Below are positions 1 through 10,722 of a stretch of DNA of 64,000 nucleotides, in pieces. This DNA comes from Candidatus Freyarchaeum deiterrae. GTDB taxonomy: Archaea; Asgardarchaeota; Jordiarchaeia; Jordiarchaeales; Jordiarchaeaceae. Numbering within the stretch: the first letter of the stretch is position 1; each line of letters begins with the position of its first letter. The stretch is taken from assembly GCA_037305845.1 (NCBI GenBank), contig CP147778.1, positions 1,440,001 to 1,504,000 on the forward strand, written 5' to 3'. Both the position numbers and the translations under genes were made by a program. Under the pieces are notes generated by a model that saw only the letters and a program-made list of their open reading frames with translations, ran no database searches and was not told where the DNA came from.

Positions 1-127
1 TATCAGAAAAAAGTAGAAAGGGCTTTAAATCTAATTAGAGAGGGGAAAGTGTAAAAAGTCCTATTTTAAAGAAAGAGTTCATAGTTTCAAACGATTCCTT
101 ACTCGCTTCTTTTTGAAGCTTTTTTGA

Positions 128-1024
128 TTAAGTTCTATTTTTTAAAATTTCGATTATCTGATAAAATAGATCATAAGCATTTGCATAATCAGTGTCCTGC
201 ATTAGTTTTTCTCGTACCATTTCAAAGATTTTAGAGAATTCAGCCTTTTCATTTTTTTGGATGACTCTTTTTAATTCACTAAGTATGCCTTCCAACTTGT
301 CCAAAAATTTTAGAAATTCGTTATTTTTCATTTGAATTTCCGAGTATAGTTCTGGAGCCTCCCCGAAAACACATTCGGTCAGGAGAAGCTGTAATGCGAA
401 AGTGGTGCCAGAGAATTCCTTAATTTGGGGAAGTGTATCCGGTATTTCTAGTAGAGCTTTTCCAAATAAGATATTCAAAAAGTGAGGTAAACTAAGAACT
501 GTACTAATCATTCGGTCGTGAGTTTGACCGTCGGTTAATACCACTTTAGCGCCCTCCTCGCTGAAAATAGCTCCCAATTTTTCCGCTGCGTCCTCCGAGC
601 CCTTAATCGGTATAATTGCTACTGTGTGGTTCATTAAATTTTTGGCGCCAGGTCCAAACATTGGATGGATACTGACCGCTTTAAACCCATATTTGACCGT
701 CTGTTCTTCTAAAGTTTTGATTATATCTCCCTTCACCGATGTAATATCGAAAACAGTTGCCTTTCGATCGACGTGCGGTGCTATTTCTCTTATAACACTT
801 GCAGTACTGGGAATCGTTACCGAAACCATGACCAAATCTGCATTTTTCACTGCTTCCTCATTATTTTTTGCATGGTTTACCCCGAGTTTTTCAGCTGCAG
901 CAATTAATTTTTCACGATTCCTAGCGCTCAAAACTACAGTATAACCTTTATTCTTGAAATATTGAGCGAACCATACGCCCATGCGTCCGGATCCTCCGAC
1001 TATGGCAATCTTTGGAGCTTTCAT
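128..1024 (-). CDS. tyrA: Prephenate/arogenate dehydrogenase
   Basis: Rossmann IVGGSGRMG, DITSVK, HPMFGP, HD motifs; last gene of aro cluster. Confidence 0.93.
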   Translation of the reverse strand: MKAPKIAIVGGSGRMGVWFAQYFKNKGYTVVLSARNREKLIAAAEKLGVNHAKNNEEAVKNADLVMVSVTIPSTASVIREIAPHVDRKATVFDITSVKGDIIKTLEEQTVKYGFKAVSIHPMFGPGAKNLMNHTVAIIPIKGSEDAAEKLGAIFSEEGAKVVLTDGQTHDRMISTVLSLPHFLNILFGKALLEIPDTLPQIKEFSGTTFALQLLLTECVFGEAPELYSEIQMKNNEFLKFLDKLEGILSELKRVIQKNEKAEFSKIFEMVREKLMQDTDYANAYDLFYQIIEILKNRT

Positions 1025-1068
1025 TTTTATCCCTCTTCTAAATTAGCCACATTTCGTAATTCATGACT

Positions 1069-1341
1069 TCAATAATCGCTTTCTTTTTGTATTTTTATGG
1101 AATACTTAATTAACAAATTAGTCAACTCTTCACCGAGTTCAGGAAAAATCTTCAACTCTTCACAGGTCTTCCGCACATTGACAAGAAGACGCCTCTCAGC
1201 CTCATCGTCTTTTATGGGAAGACCCCTTAAAGTTTTTAATCTTCCTATAGCCTTTGCAAGTTCCAAACGTTTCTTTATTAGTTTAAGTATTTCGGTTGTA
1301 ATTTCACCAACCCTTAATCTTAGTGTTTCGAGTTCATCCAA
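1069..1341 (-). CDS. Chorismate mutase (AroQ/type II)
   Basis: 90 aa helical; LR..V..I...I..LI..R..LA..IG..K...GLPI.D pattern; between aroC and tyrA. Confidence 0.88.
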   Translation of the reverse strand: MDELETLRLRVGEITTEILKLIKKRLELAKAIGRLKTLRGLPIKDDEAERRLLVNVRKTCEELKIFPELGEELTNLLIKYSIKIQKESDY

Positions 1342-1549
1342 AGTTTTTACCTCAAAGAATTCATGATATTAAGAATATGAATTGACCTAAAAATCTGGTA
1401 AAGTTATTACTGTTTAAAACTTTCGGGTAAATTCTACAAGTTTAAAACTAAATTCCAATAAATTGAAGCGTCTTTAGTATAAAATAATGAATGGTAAATA
1501 GTCCGGACTCAATTTTTATTTTTAGAGAAGAGAGTAGTAATTGAACGTT

Positions 1550-2653
1550 TCAAGTTTTTCTCTCTAAAACTCTTGGAATCAGGTTAGCTGAAATTGCTTG
1601 GTCTACAATAACCAATGCAACCATTGATTCTACAATAGGAACCGCTCTTGGTACGATGCATGGATCATGTCGCCCCTCAATTTCTATTGAGGTTTCTTCC
1701 ATGTTTCTAAGGTCAACTGTTTGCTGGGGTTTCCCAATTGATGCAGTGGGCTTTATGGTAACTCTACAGATTATAGGCATGCCGTTGCTTATTCCTCCTA
1801 AAATTCCTCCCGCATAGTTTGAAAGGGTTACTACTTTTCCCTCCTGAACAGCGAAAGGATCGTTATGCTGGGAACCCGCCATTTTAGCTGCATCAACACC
1901 GCTCCCAAACTCAACACTTTTCACCGCGGGAATGGCGTAGAGAGCTTTACTCAAATCGCCTTCAAGAGTATTGAAAACTGGATCTCCTAGTCCTGCGGGT
2001 ATGTTTAACGCTATGCACTCAATGGTTCCTCCTACACTGTCTTTTTCTCCTTGCACCTGTTTTATACGTTTCATCATTTGCTTAGCGGCTTCTGAATCAG
2101 CGCACCTCACCGGATTATTCTCTGCTTTTTTTATTTCTTCCAAGTCTGTTTTAGCCGCTTTAATTCCCCCAATCTCCGTGGTGTGTGCCAGAATTTCAAT
2201 GTTAAGATTTTCTCCGAGTATTTTTTTGGCTATAGCGCCTCCCATGACATAGGAGATAGTGATTCTTCCAGAGAATCTTCCTCCTCCCCGATAGTCGTTG
2301 AAACCACCATACCTGATTCTTGAAGTATAGTCAGCATGTCCGGGTCTCGGTTCGTACTTGACTTGTTCATATTTACTAGAATCTATATCTTCGTTCCATA
2401 CAATCATACAAATCGGTGCGCCTGTAGTATAGCCCTCAAACACGCCAGAAAGTATCTCAACCTTGTCAACCTCAGCCCGAGTAGTGGTTAACTCACTTTG
2501 TCCCGGTCTTCTTCTATCAAGCTCTCTTTGTAGATCTTTCTCCGAGAGCATCAGTCCTGCAGGGCATCCGTCAACAACGGCGCCAACACATTTACCGTGA
2601 CTTTCACCAAATGACACTAAAACAAATCTATTTCCAAAAATATTAGCCGTCAT
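1550..2653 (-). CDS. aroC: Chorismate synthase
   Basis: GESHG, RPGHAD, GRHDPCIVPRA motifs. Confidence 0.98.
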   Translation of the reverse strand: MTANIFGNRFVLVSFGESHGKCVGAVVDGCPAGLMLSEKDLQRELDRRRPGQSELTTTRAEVDKVEILSGVFEGYTTGAPICMIVWNEDIDSSKYEQVKYEPRPGHADYTSRIRYGGFNDYRGGGRFSGRITISYVMGGAIAKKILGENLNIEILAHTTEIGGIKAAKTDLEEIKKAENNPVRCADSEAAKQMMKRIKQVQGEKDSVGGTIECIALNIPAGLGDPVFNTLEGDLSKALYAIPAVKSVEFGSGVDAAKMAGSQHNDPFAVQEGKVVTLSNYAGGILGGISNGMPIICRVTIKPTASIGKPQQTVDLRNMEETSIEIEGRHDPCIVPRAVPIVESMVALVIVDQAISANLIPRVLERKT

Positions 2654-3950
2654 TTTTTTTCACCAATCTAAAATCCGCGCCCAGAGAAATCATGTCCTCA
2701 ATGAAAGAGGGATAAGAGACATCAACGGACTCAACTCCCGAGATAACCGTTTCCCCCTCCGCCGCCAGAGCAGCTACGGAGAGAGCCATAAGTACCCGGT
2801 GATCATTATAACTCTCAACATGGGCCCCTTTAATTTTCCCTCCATAGACGATTAGGGCATCCGGTTTTTCTTCTACCCGAACCCCCATTTTAGATAACTC
2901 CTTAGCCATGGTAGATATTCGGTCACTCTCCTTAAAACGAACATGCTGTGCATTGAATATTTCAGTCTTACCTTCTGCTACAGAGCCTAACACTGCGAGA
3001 ACAGGGAGTAAATCGGGATTATCGCCACAATCAAATGAAATACCATTTAATTTCTTGTCACCTTTTACTCTAACATATTTTTCCCCTACTTCAATTTCTG
3101 CTCCCATCTCCTGGAGTAAATCAACGATTTTCTTGTCGCCCTGTGCTGTATCCATATCTAAGTTCTGAATCTTTACATCAGAATCAGTTATAGCAGCAGC
3201 TGAAAGAACAAGTGATGCCGAAGAAAAATCTCCAGGAATTCTGACACTAGCTGGTAAATAAGTTTGTTGTGGAGGAATAATTAATCCCAAGTTGGGCAGA
3301 TATTCTATTTTTCCCCTAAAATAATTAAGAAACTCCAAAGTCATGTCAAGGTAAGGTTTTGACTTTAGCTCAGAAGTGAAGCTTATTCTTGTTTCATTTT
3401 CAGCCAAAGGGCAAGCGATGAGCAGAGCAGAAATAAATTGAGAGCTAATATGTCCCGGTATCTTGGTTTCTCCTCCTTTAATCCCACCGCCCTCAACTAT
3501 AATCGGAGGCTTACCATCTCCTCTTGTGGAGAAGCATTTCGCTCCCAACTCACCCAAGGAAGTAATAAGCGGTCCCATTGGTCTTTGTCTTATTGAAGAG
3601 TCTCCAGTGAGTACCGTGAATCCTGGTGCTAGGGCAGAAACAGCAGTCATAATTCTAATAGTAGTCCCCGAATTATCAACATTTATAACATCTTCAGGGG
3701 TTTTAAGAGAGGAAGAACCCGAAACATACCAAATTCCCTCGCCTCTACTTTCAATCGCGGAGCCCAAGGCTTCACAAGCCCTAATTGTTGAAAGAGTATC
3801 TCTACTGATCAAGGGATTAAGAATTTCAGACTTCCCCTCAGCAAGTGAGGCAATGACAAAAACTCTGTGGGTGTAACTTTTGGAAGGGGGTGCAGAAATT
3901 GCACCTTCTAGACTCCCTTTACCAATAACCTTCAAAGACATTAGCATCAC
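2643..3950 (-). CDS. aroA: EPSP synthase
   Basis: PSKSYTHR, NSGTTIR, SSQFISALL, KESDRI, DHR, SYPSF. Confidence 0.98.
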   Translation of the reverse strand: MMLMSLKVIGKGSLEGAISAPPSKSYTHRVFVIASLAEGKSEILNPLISRDTLSTIRACEALGSAIESRGEGIWYVSGSSSLKTPEDVINVDNSGTTIRIMTAVSALAPGFTVLTGDSSIRQRPMGPLITSLGELGAKCFSTRGDGKPPIIVEGGGIKGGETKIPGHISSQFISALLIACPLAENETRISFTSELKSKPYLDMTLEFLNYFRGKIEYLPNLGLIIPPQQTYLPASVRIPGDFSSASLVLSAAAITDSDVKIQNLDMDTAQGDKKIVDLLQEMGAEIEVGEKYVRVKGDKKLNGISFDCGDNPDLLPVLAVLGSVAEGKTEIFNAQHVRFKESDRISTMAKELSKMGVRVEEKPDALIVYGGKIKGAHVESYNDHRVLMALSVAALAAEGETVISGVESVDVSYPSFIEDMISLGADFRLVKKNDG

Positions 3951-3953
3951 TCT

Positions 3954-4817
3954 CTAGATTACTTTGGCCTTTTCGTTATTAAATTCGGTGCGAATAATTT
4001 CTCCTCCTAATGCACTCCAAGAAGCTTCGATATCACCACAGATATCCCTTGGACATAGAGCAATCGTTGCCGGACCCTTACCTGTTAATCCAGCCGAAAC
4101 CGCTCCCATTTCAAGAGCCCTAACTGTAGCTTCAGTATCAAACCCCAGGGCTGCGGAGTAAATCAGACCGTTAAGGGTAATTGCGGTCTTATAGTTCCCG
4201 TTTTGCGCTATGTCAAAAACATGTTCTACATAATTTTTCATGGCTTTTATTCTTTTAACGTTACTCTCTATTGTGAGGTATTTCTTTACGGGTACATGAA
4301 TAATTACCGCAAGGTCTTCTTCAATCTGTTGTCTTCTAAGTAATATTCTTTTCGAATTATTGGTGAGCACAAATCCTCCAAAATATGATGCACAAGCATC
4401 ATCAAAAGCTCCAGTAATGGTCACTCTCGCTTCTAACGCTGCATCAACACCTAAGCCAATGATGTTTAAATCATCTAAATCTTCTTTCAGAGCTGCAACA
4501 GTAGCTAAAGCTACCGCGTTCGCCGCAACACTGCTGCTCTTAAGCCCCCTGGAAATTGGAATAATGGAATCAGTTATTATCCTTGCACCGTATTCTTGGC
4601 CTAGTCCAAAGTGATTCAGAACATGTCTCACAGTGGCGCGGATTAGTTCAGTATTCTCAGATGGATCATTTAGAATCTTTCCCTCAAAAAATCCTGATTC
4701 ATCCAAAAGATTTACTTCAGCTTTTGTCCAAAGAGCAAGCCCAAAAGCAGCGCCCAAACCGGTTGCAATTGCGTTCACAACTGTTCCAGCGCCGAAAGCC
4801 AAAGCCTTACCTTTCAA
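3954..4817 (-). CDS. aroK: Archaeal (GHMP-family) shikimate kinase
   Basis: NAIATG.GAA, GLKSSS, TGAFDDA, GLTGKGP. Confidence 0.95.
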   Translation of the reverse strand: MKGKALAFGAGTVVNAIATGLGAAFGLALWTKAEVNLLDESGFFEGKILNDPSENTELIRATVRHVLNHFGLGQEYGARIITDSIIPISRGLKSSSVAANAVALATVAALKEDLDDLNIIGLGVDAALEARVTITGAFDDACASYFGGFVLTNNSKRILLRRQQIEEDLAVIIHVPVKKYLTIESNVKRIKAMKNYVEHVFDIAQNGNYKTAITLNGLIYSAALGFDTEATVRALEMGAVSAGLTGKGPATIALCPRDICGDIEASWSALGGEIIRTEFNNEKAKVI

Positions 4818-4820
4818 CTC

Positions 4821-5675
4821 TTAATCCCTTCCAACCAAGCCTTCAACAACCGCTTTTCTCATAATATCTTTAGGAGCCTCGCATCCAGTCCACATTTTAA
4901 AACTAATTGCGCCTTGATTAACTAGCATACCAACGCCATTAATGGCTTTTGCACCAACACTCCGAGCGTACTTTAGAAGCGAGGTTTCTAAAGGATTGTA
5001 AACAATATCGAAAACTACCAAATTTTTGTGTAAAAACTCTTTGGGAACAGGTGACTCAGTAACATTTGGGTGCATTCCTACCGAAGTCGTGTTAATAAGT
5101 ATATCAGAATCATTCAAAGAGTTCTCCAATGATTTGAGTGCTAAGCTTTTTCCCTCAACTTTGGAGCCCACATTTGTTAATTCTCTAGCCAAATTCACAG
5201 CCCTAATCCTTGTACGATTCAAGATGATCAATTTTGAGCAAATGCTGGCGAGTTGGAAAGTGATTGCTCGAGATGCACCACCAGCTCCTATAACTACTAT
5301 TTTCTTATCTTCCGGGTTTACTCCCTCTTCTCTCAAAGTTTCCAGAGCCCCTAATCCATCGGTATTGTAACCTAATAGTTTCCCCTCCTCATTAACCACG
5401 GTATTAACCGCCCCTATTTTTCTAGTGGTAAGATCAACATCGTCTAGAAATTTAATTATTGAAACCTTATGTGGAATGGTTACATTAAAACCTTTTAAAT
5501 TGAAGGCTCTAGCTCCCTTAACAGCGTTTTTTAAATCTTTTTCCGAGACCCTGAAGGGGAGATAGAGGTAATCAAGATCCAAGTACTCAAATGCAGCGTT
5601 GTGCATTCTTGGGGATAACGAATGTTCAATAGGATCACCAATCACACCCACAACTTTGGTAGCTCCGCTGACCAC
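4821..5675 (-). CDS. aroE: Shikimate dehydrogenase
   Basis: HSLSP.MHN, NVTIPHK, GAVNT, NTD, GAGGA. Confidence 0.97.
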   Translation of the reverse strand: MVSGATKVVGVIGDPIEHSLSPRMHNAAFEYLDLDYLYLPFRVSEKDLKNAVKGARAFNLKGFNVTIPHKVSIIKFLDDVDLTTRKIGAVNTVVNEEGKLLGYNTDGLGALETLREEGVNPEDKKIVVIGAGGASRAITFQLASICSKLIILNRTRIRAVNLARELTNVGSKVEGKSLALKSLENSLNDSDILINTTSVGMHPNVTESPVPKEFLHKNLVVFDIVYNPLETSLLKYARSVGAKAINGVGMLVNQGAISFKMWTGCEAPKDIMRKAVVEGLVGRD

Positions 5676-5720
5676 TCACGAACCTCCGAATTGTCTCTAA
5701 ACTTCTAAAAACGTAGTTAG

Positions 5721-6422
5721 TTAAACCTTTTTTTCTATGAGAGAAAAGAGAAGCGTGTGTATTTTTCTCATAACTTCTAAATCAATTTGGCCCGGTGCAG
5801 TAATTGTCTCTAACGCAGCGTAGGTTAAATAAGAGCCGAAAAATGGGCATAAAACCCTAGAGATTATGCCCCTTTCTCCCATGCAAAAGGAGATGATCTT
5901 AATCCTCAAATCATGGGCCTGTTGAGGAAGTGAAAGTAAAACTAAATTATCGTTTATATCATTGGCGAAAGTAATAAGTTTTACCAATTCTGCTCCTTTT
6001 TGGTGCGCTTCGCGGATTTTCTGTACGAGTATTTCACTTCGGGGGGTATTTTTAAATGAGTGAAAAGAAAGAATAACTTCTACTGAATTCTGCTTCGCGA
6101 GTTTTAGTAATCGTTTTAGATTAGAACTGCTCATATTTAACTCCAAGTCTACAAATCTCGGTTTGGCTTCGATGCATTTTTCTAATAGCTCAATTCTTTT
6201 TTTCTCTTCGAGTTCAAAGAAACCCCCTTCATCTTTTTTCCTTGCCGTTAATATCAGGGGAATTGATGTTTTAGAAACAATATCTGAAAAATCAATATTC
6301 ATGTCTTCAAGATAGTCTACTCTGATTTCAATAAAATCTGGGCTGCTTTTCATCGCTGATTTGACTTTTTCAAGTAACATTTCCGGATTTTTAACGGCTA
6401 CAGGAACACATATCAAAGCCAC
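5721..6422 (-). CDS. aroD: Type I 3-dehydroquinate dehydratase
   Basis: EIRVD, R...EGG, SFH.F..TP, MGE.G..SR, APGQ. Confidence 0.95.
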   Translation of the reverse strand: MALICVPVAVKNPEMLLEKVKSAMKSSPDFIEIRVDYLEDMNIDFSDIVSKTSIPLILTARKKDEGGFFELEEKKRIELLEKCIEAKPRFVDLELNMSSSNLKRLLKLAKQNSVEVILSFHSFKNTPRSEILVQKIREAHQKGAELVKLITFANDINDNLVLLSLPQQAHDLRIKIISFCMGERGIISRVLCPFFGSYLTYAALETITAPGQIDLEVMRKIHTLLFSLIEKKV

Positions 6423-6616
6423 TTAAGTTGCACCAACTCTGCTTACGGTCTCTGAACTAAGAGAGGCATTTATATTATTCAATCTATCCACCCAGTCTAA
6501 AAAACTTGAAAATACAATATTTGGAATGCCTTTCAGAGGCTCTTTCCCCAAAATCAGGCATTGGGTTTGTTTTCAAAAATAGTTTTTATTCTAAAGTTTA
6601 GACCTAAATGCGGTAT

Positions 6617-6796
6617 TTAAGCGTATACATGTTCTCGCTTTACAGCCGGATTGAATTCTGAATATTCTTCCTTCTGTAAAAGGTCTCGAATAGCGAATCT
6701 TATTGCTTCACGTAGGTTTGCGTAAAACCCTTTTTCCACTAATAAATTCAAGTCATCTACGTATTCTTTGGGAAGTTTAACAGAAACCGGTTTCAT
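6617..6796 (-). CDS. Ribbon-helix-helix (CopG/CdrS-like) transcription regulator, 59 aa
   Basis: Not in ORF track; manual translation MKPVSVKLPKEYVDDLNLLVEKGFYANLREAIRFAIRDLL... fits RHH pattern. Confidence 0.85.
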   Translation of the reverse strand: MKPVSVKLPKEYVDDLNLLVEKGFYANLREAIRFAIRDLLQKEEYSEFNPAVKREHVYA

Positions 6797-7005
6797 ATGT
6801 AATTATAAATCAAAACTAATATAAAAAACGTTTTATCTAAAAATTTTGATGAAATACTTCAAAAAAATAGAATCTGGCAGTATTAAAAGAGGAAAACAGC
6901 GGACATGTAAAAAAAGGAAAAAAATTTAGAGATAAAGCTACTTTACAAGATTAAAAAATTTTTATTAATGATTATGGCCATTAAACAAAGCTTAGTCATC
7001 TATCG

Positions 7006-7293
7006 GTGATAGGTATGAAAGTTAGAGCCCATGTATTTGTCAGCGGAAGAGTGCAAGGTGTTTACTTCAGACAGCATACTAAAGATGAGGCGGATAGAGT
7101 AGGAGTAAATGGATGGGTCAGAAACCTTAGCGATGGAAGGGTAGAAGCTTTAATTGAGGGAGAGAAAGAGAAAGTTGAAGAAATGGTTCAGATCTGTAGA
7201 AGAGGACCGCCGTCTGCACAAGTTACTGATATAAACGTTGCCTTCGAAAACTACACTGGCGAATTCAAAAATTTCAGTATAAGGTACCGATAA
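7006..7293 (+). CDS. acyP: Acylphosphatase
   Basis: VSGRVQGVYFR, GWVRNL.DGRVE, GPP.A.V. Confidence 0.96.
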   Translation: MIGMKVRAHVFVSGRVQGVYFRQHTKDEADRVGVNGWVRNLSDGRVEALIEGEKEKVEEMVQICRRGPPSAQVTDINVAFENYTGEFKNFSIRYR

Positions 7294-7737
7294 AAATAAA
7301 TTTATTTATTAAATAAAACCAAATCGCTTTTCATTAAGCTAAATAATGTTTTTTTGAGACTTGAGGATAGCATGGGAGGGGAGAGGAGCCAGGAAAACTC
7401 TAAAAATAGAAGGGGTGGATGCGGTTCACACAACCCTGGCTCCTGAATAAACCCTGAACCAAACTCGTTGGAGGGGATACAATTAATATCCAAAGTCGAC
7501 TTAAAAACTCCACTACGCGTAAAGTGTAATTATAAAATTCTTTAGCTTTCATTACACATGACACAGGCTATAGACCAAACAACAACTTCTTAATTATAGA
7601 AATGCATAAAAATTAGGCTTCAAAGTCTTAGATTACTGATAATACATCAAAAACTATAAGTTAGTTGTAATCAATTTAACAATTTCAATGAGAATTTACC
7701 ACTTCTAAAAATGGAATAAAAATTACAAAAATGGGTA

Positions 7738-8205
7738 GTGAGTAAAATGGGAGAATCTGAAAATGAGAATAAAGGCGAGTTCTTTGGAGGAGAACTCTTG
7801 AACTTTTTAGAAAAAAATGAGCAAAAAGTCATCGAATACTTGGATAACATAGCTCAGGAAAGTAAAGTTGTAAGAAGCAGTATACTAAAATTCATTTGCC
7901 ATAGGAAACCCGAATTGGGGCAACGTTTAATACAACACCTTATCCAAAAACATCAAGAAAAACTGGAAATAATTTATATTCACGACGGTATAGAAGAAAT
8001 TTTCACCAAAAACCCTAAACTATTCTTCGACTTAGTAGAGGAACATATAGATAGCCCGACTAAATGGAGACAAAAACTAGTAACAGATCTGCTGGAAATA
8101 ATATCGGAAACTGTGTTAAAGTTTGACAAGGAAATAGAAGAAAAAGAAAGGAAGGAAACCTTATCTGGACTTACCAAGATGATAAACTTGTTAGGATTAC
8201 GATAA
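7738..8205 (+). CDS. Hypothetical helical protein
   Basis: 155-aa ORF, charged amphipathic helices, no recognised motif. Confidence 0.6.
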   Translation: MSKMGESENENKGEFFGGELLNFLEKNEQKVIEYLDNIAQESKVVRSSILKFICHRKPELGQRLIQHLIQKHQEKLEIIYIHDGIEEIFTKNPKLFFDLVEEHIDSPTKWRQKLVTDLLEIISETVLKFDKEIEEKERKETLSGLTKMINLLGLR

Positions 8206-8444
8206 TGATTCTTGGGAAATCAGCTTATGAAAATAAAGTGATTTTACAACATGTTAGGGTACATTTGTTTTATCTTTTTATACATAGATAATGTTTAAAT
8301 ATTAAAAATATTTTATATAGTCTAGGCTGGGCTAACGTGGTGAGGTGAACTATTACCTAGATCGTAGTATGGGTCTCAGTTTCTAGGAATAGGGATTGAA
8401 TCAAATCAAATAGCCTTCATTCATTAAACGTATAATATTATGGT

Positions 8445-9329
8445 ATGGGTGGTGTTGTATTGAAAACATTTAGCGCCAGAAAGGAAGCTATTGAGAGAAA
8501 TGTTTTAGAAAAGAGAGATGAGTTGCCTTTTACTGCTCTTGAAGACGATAAACTTCTCGGGAGGCATAGGGTAAAGGTTAACGTTTCTTGGGAAAACGAC
8601 ATTAGGGGTAAGAATAAATTAAACTTTTTTAAGGGGTTCCCGGCCAAGCTTTACATCACCGAGTCACGCTTAATCATTAGTTCTGAATTTTATTCACAGG
8701 ATAAAGTTTCTAGATTTGTAGGGCGCATACCTATAGGCTGGATGAGATATAACACAGTATACGTTGAATTAGCCATTAATAAAATTAAGAAAGCCTCCTT
8801 CACAATTTTTGGAAGTTATATAGAGTTAGATCCTCATGGGAATGTGGGCGAGACTAAAATAAACTTTTATAATCTCTCAAGAGGGGAAAGGAGACTGATT
8901 AAGGAGGATTTGGACACAGCTAGAGTTTTTAAAAGAACAGCCCCTGAATCAGGGATAGTGATTTTAGATAGGCCTATTGCAGACGCAGTAACACAGCGTT
9001 TTGCGATGCTACGCCACGAAGCTATAGTTTCAAAACCAACTTCCAAGAAACCTGAAGTGAAGAAAGCTACGAAGGTTCCAATTAAAAGAGTAAGTATGAA
9101 AGAGAATGCTGATGCCGGTACTGCGGTAGAACCCGTGCAAAGTGGTATCGAAGAAGTTAAAGAAAATGCAGAGAAGCCAAGTCTGCTCTTAGAGAACAAG
9201 CTTGAAAAAACCCCACAGGAACGCGTATTGATGACACTTCAAGCGCAGGTAACAAAATGCAGATTTTGTGGACAAGAGATACTGAGAAGTGCCAAAAAAT
9301 GTCCTAGATGTGGAGCAATCAACCTGTAA
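8445..9329 (+). CDS. Hypothetical protein with PH/GRAM-like N-domain and C-terminal zinc ribbon
   Basis: LYITESRLII segment; low-complexity linker; CRFCG...KCPRCG at C-terminus. Confidence 0.65.
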   Translation: MGGVVLKTFSARKEAIERNVLEKRDELPFTALEDDKLLGRHRVKVNVSWENDIRGKNKLNFFKGFPAKLYITESRLIISSEFYSQDKVSRFVGRIPIGWMRYNTVYVELAINKIKKASFTIFGSYIELDPHGNVGETKINFYNLSRGERRLIKEDLDTARVFKRTAPESGIVILDRPIADAVTQRFAMLRHEAIVSKPTSKKPEVKKATKVPIKRVSMKENADAGTAVEPVQSGIEEVKENAEKPSLLLENKLEKTPQERVLMTLQAQVTKCRFCGQEILRSAKKCPRCGAINL

Positions 9330-9387
9330 AAGCTTAAATCTTCACCCAATTGTTGGAAGTATATTTAAACCCTTTATTATTCTTTAC

Positions 9388-10557
9388 TCATAAACTAGAT
9401 TGGGGTTGAGCCGGGGTTAATGTTATTTTCTGTTTTTCTTTTGAGATCATCTCATCGGGGAGAAGTTCGTTGTCTTTATAGACCTTGAAGTCAATGTAAC
9501 ACTCTTTGGTTTCAGAGACTTGAGGAGTGTCCCAATTTATCGCACCGTACATTCTCTGCTCTCCCTTTTGCTGGTTAAGTTGAAGTGTTTTTAGCTTGTT
9601 TTCACTATTTTCGTCTACTATTAGGACATCAACTCTTAGTTTTGTTGGTTCAACGCTCTGGAGAATTTTCACATTAAAGTTCACCTTTTCTCCTCCGGTA
9701 ATCGAAATTGGAATTTTGGGAGATTCATTTATTCTTATTTTTACAATCGGCTCGGATGATAGTTGAACCACTATTTTTAGAGCTGTGCACTGTTCGCGTT
9801 CTTGTTCTTCTTGTTTGAACTTAACGCGGGCCACTACGAAACATTCTCCTAGACTGTTTATGGGGATTATGCTTCTTGCCTGAATCGCTTCAGGCCTTCC
9901 CGGGGGAATATTTCGGGGCTCGCTGAATATCTTGATCTCTTCCCCTCCTAATGGTATAAGCAAAACCTCTACGTTAAGTGAAATCGGTTTTTCCGAGTTA
10001 TTTTTTAAATCGCAGAAATAGTCCTGTCTGTCTCCCGCAATAATTCTTTCTCCTTTAATGTGAGGGTCGGACAATTCAAGCATGTTCTTGTTACGCGAAA
10101 TAGGTACGGTAGTCTTTTTTTCCGATACAGCTGTTTTACCTACTTGTAATCCTACTCTTAGACTAACTGATTTAGCTTCGGGTGGAATTTTATTAATCTC
10201 CAGAGGTAAGGGGATGAGATATTTCCCATCGCGGGAAACACTCTGGTCGAGCGTCACCTTCTTGAAAACATTTTTCTTAGAGGCAAGTTCCACTTTAAAA
10301 CGAAGATCAGTAGGATTAGGTATCTTATCTACCTTCAGCCCGATGTATGGTGCAATTTTTAATTTCTCAGCTAAGGGAGGAGAAATGTTAGTAATACCAC
10401 CCAATTTAAATATTTTTTTCAAGTTCTTTTCCGTTTTCAAACAAAATTCCCCCGAGTTAACATGTTGAATGAGTTTCATACATAAAAAGATTCTGATTTG
10501 AGCTAAAACGCGGCTTGAATATGGCGATAATCTATCTATAACAGAGTAACTCCCCAT
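9388..10557 (-). CDS. Hypothetical beta-rich protein (true start probably TTG near 10440)
   Basis: 389-aa ORF with alternating hydrophobic beta-strand pattern. Confidence 0.6.
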   Translation of the reverse strand: MGSYSVIDRLSPYSSRVLAQIRIFLCMKLIQHVNSGEFCLKTEKNLKKIFKLGGITNISPPLAEKLKIAPYIGLKVDKIPNPTDLRFKVELASKKNVFKKVTLDQSVSRDGKYLIPLPLEINKIPPEAKSVSLRVGLQVGKTAVSEKKTTVPISRNKNMLELSDPHIKGERIIAGDRQDYFCDLKNNSEKPISLNVEVLLIPLGGEEIKIFSEPRNIPPGRPEAIQARSIIPINSLGECFVVARVKFKQEEQEREQCTALKIVVQLSSEPIVKIRINESPKIPISITGGEKVNFNVKILQSVEPTKLRVDVLIVDENSENKLKTLQLNQQKGEQRMYGAINWDTPQVSETKECYIDFKVYKDNELLPDEMISKEKQKITLTPAQPQSSL

Positions 10558-10722
10558 ATTCTAGTTGTAGTAGTTTTATAACCGTTAATTAGCTAAAGAT
10601 AACACAACCTTGCGGGCTCATCTTTAAATAATATATGGTAGAATCTTATATATGCTTCCTTCGGGAAGAAGAATTAATTAGGCAAATTTATTTCTCTATT
10701 AGGAAGTAATGGAGGAAACAAA

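Noticed and set aside
7302-7493. 63-aa minus-strand ORF
   Set aside because: No protein-like features or SD; overlaps a structured element.
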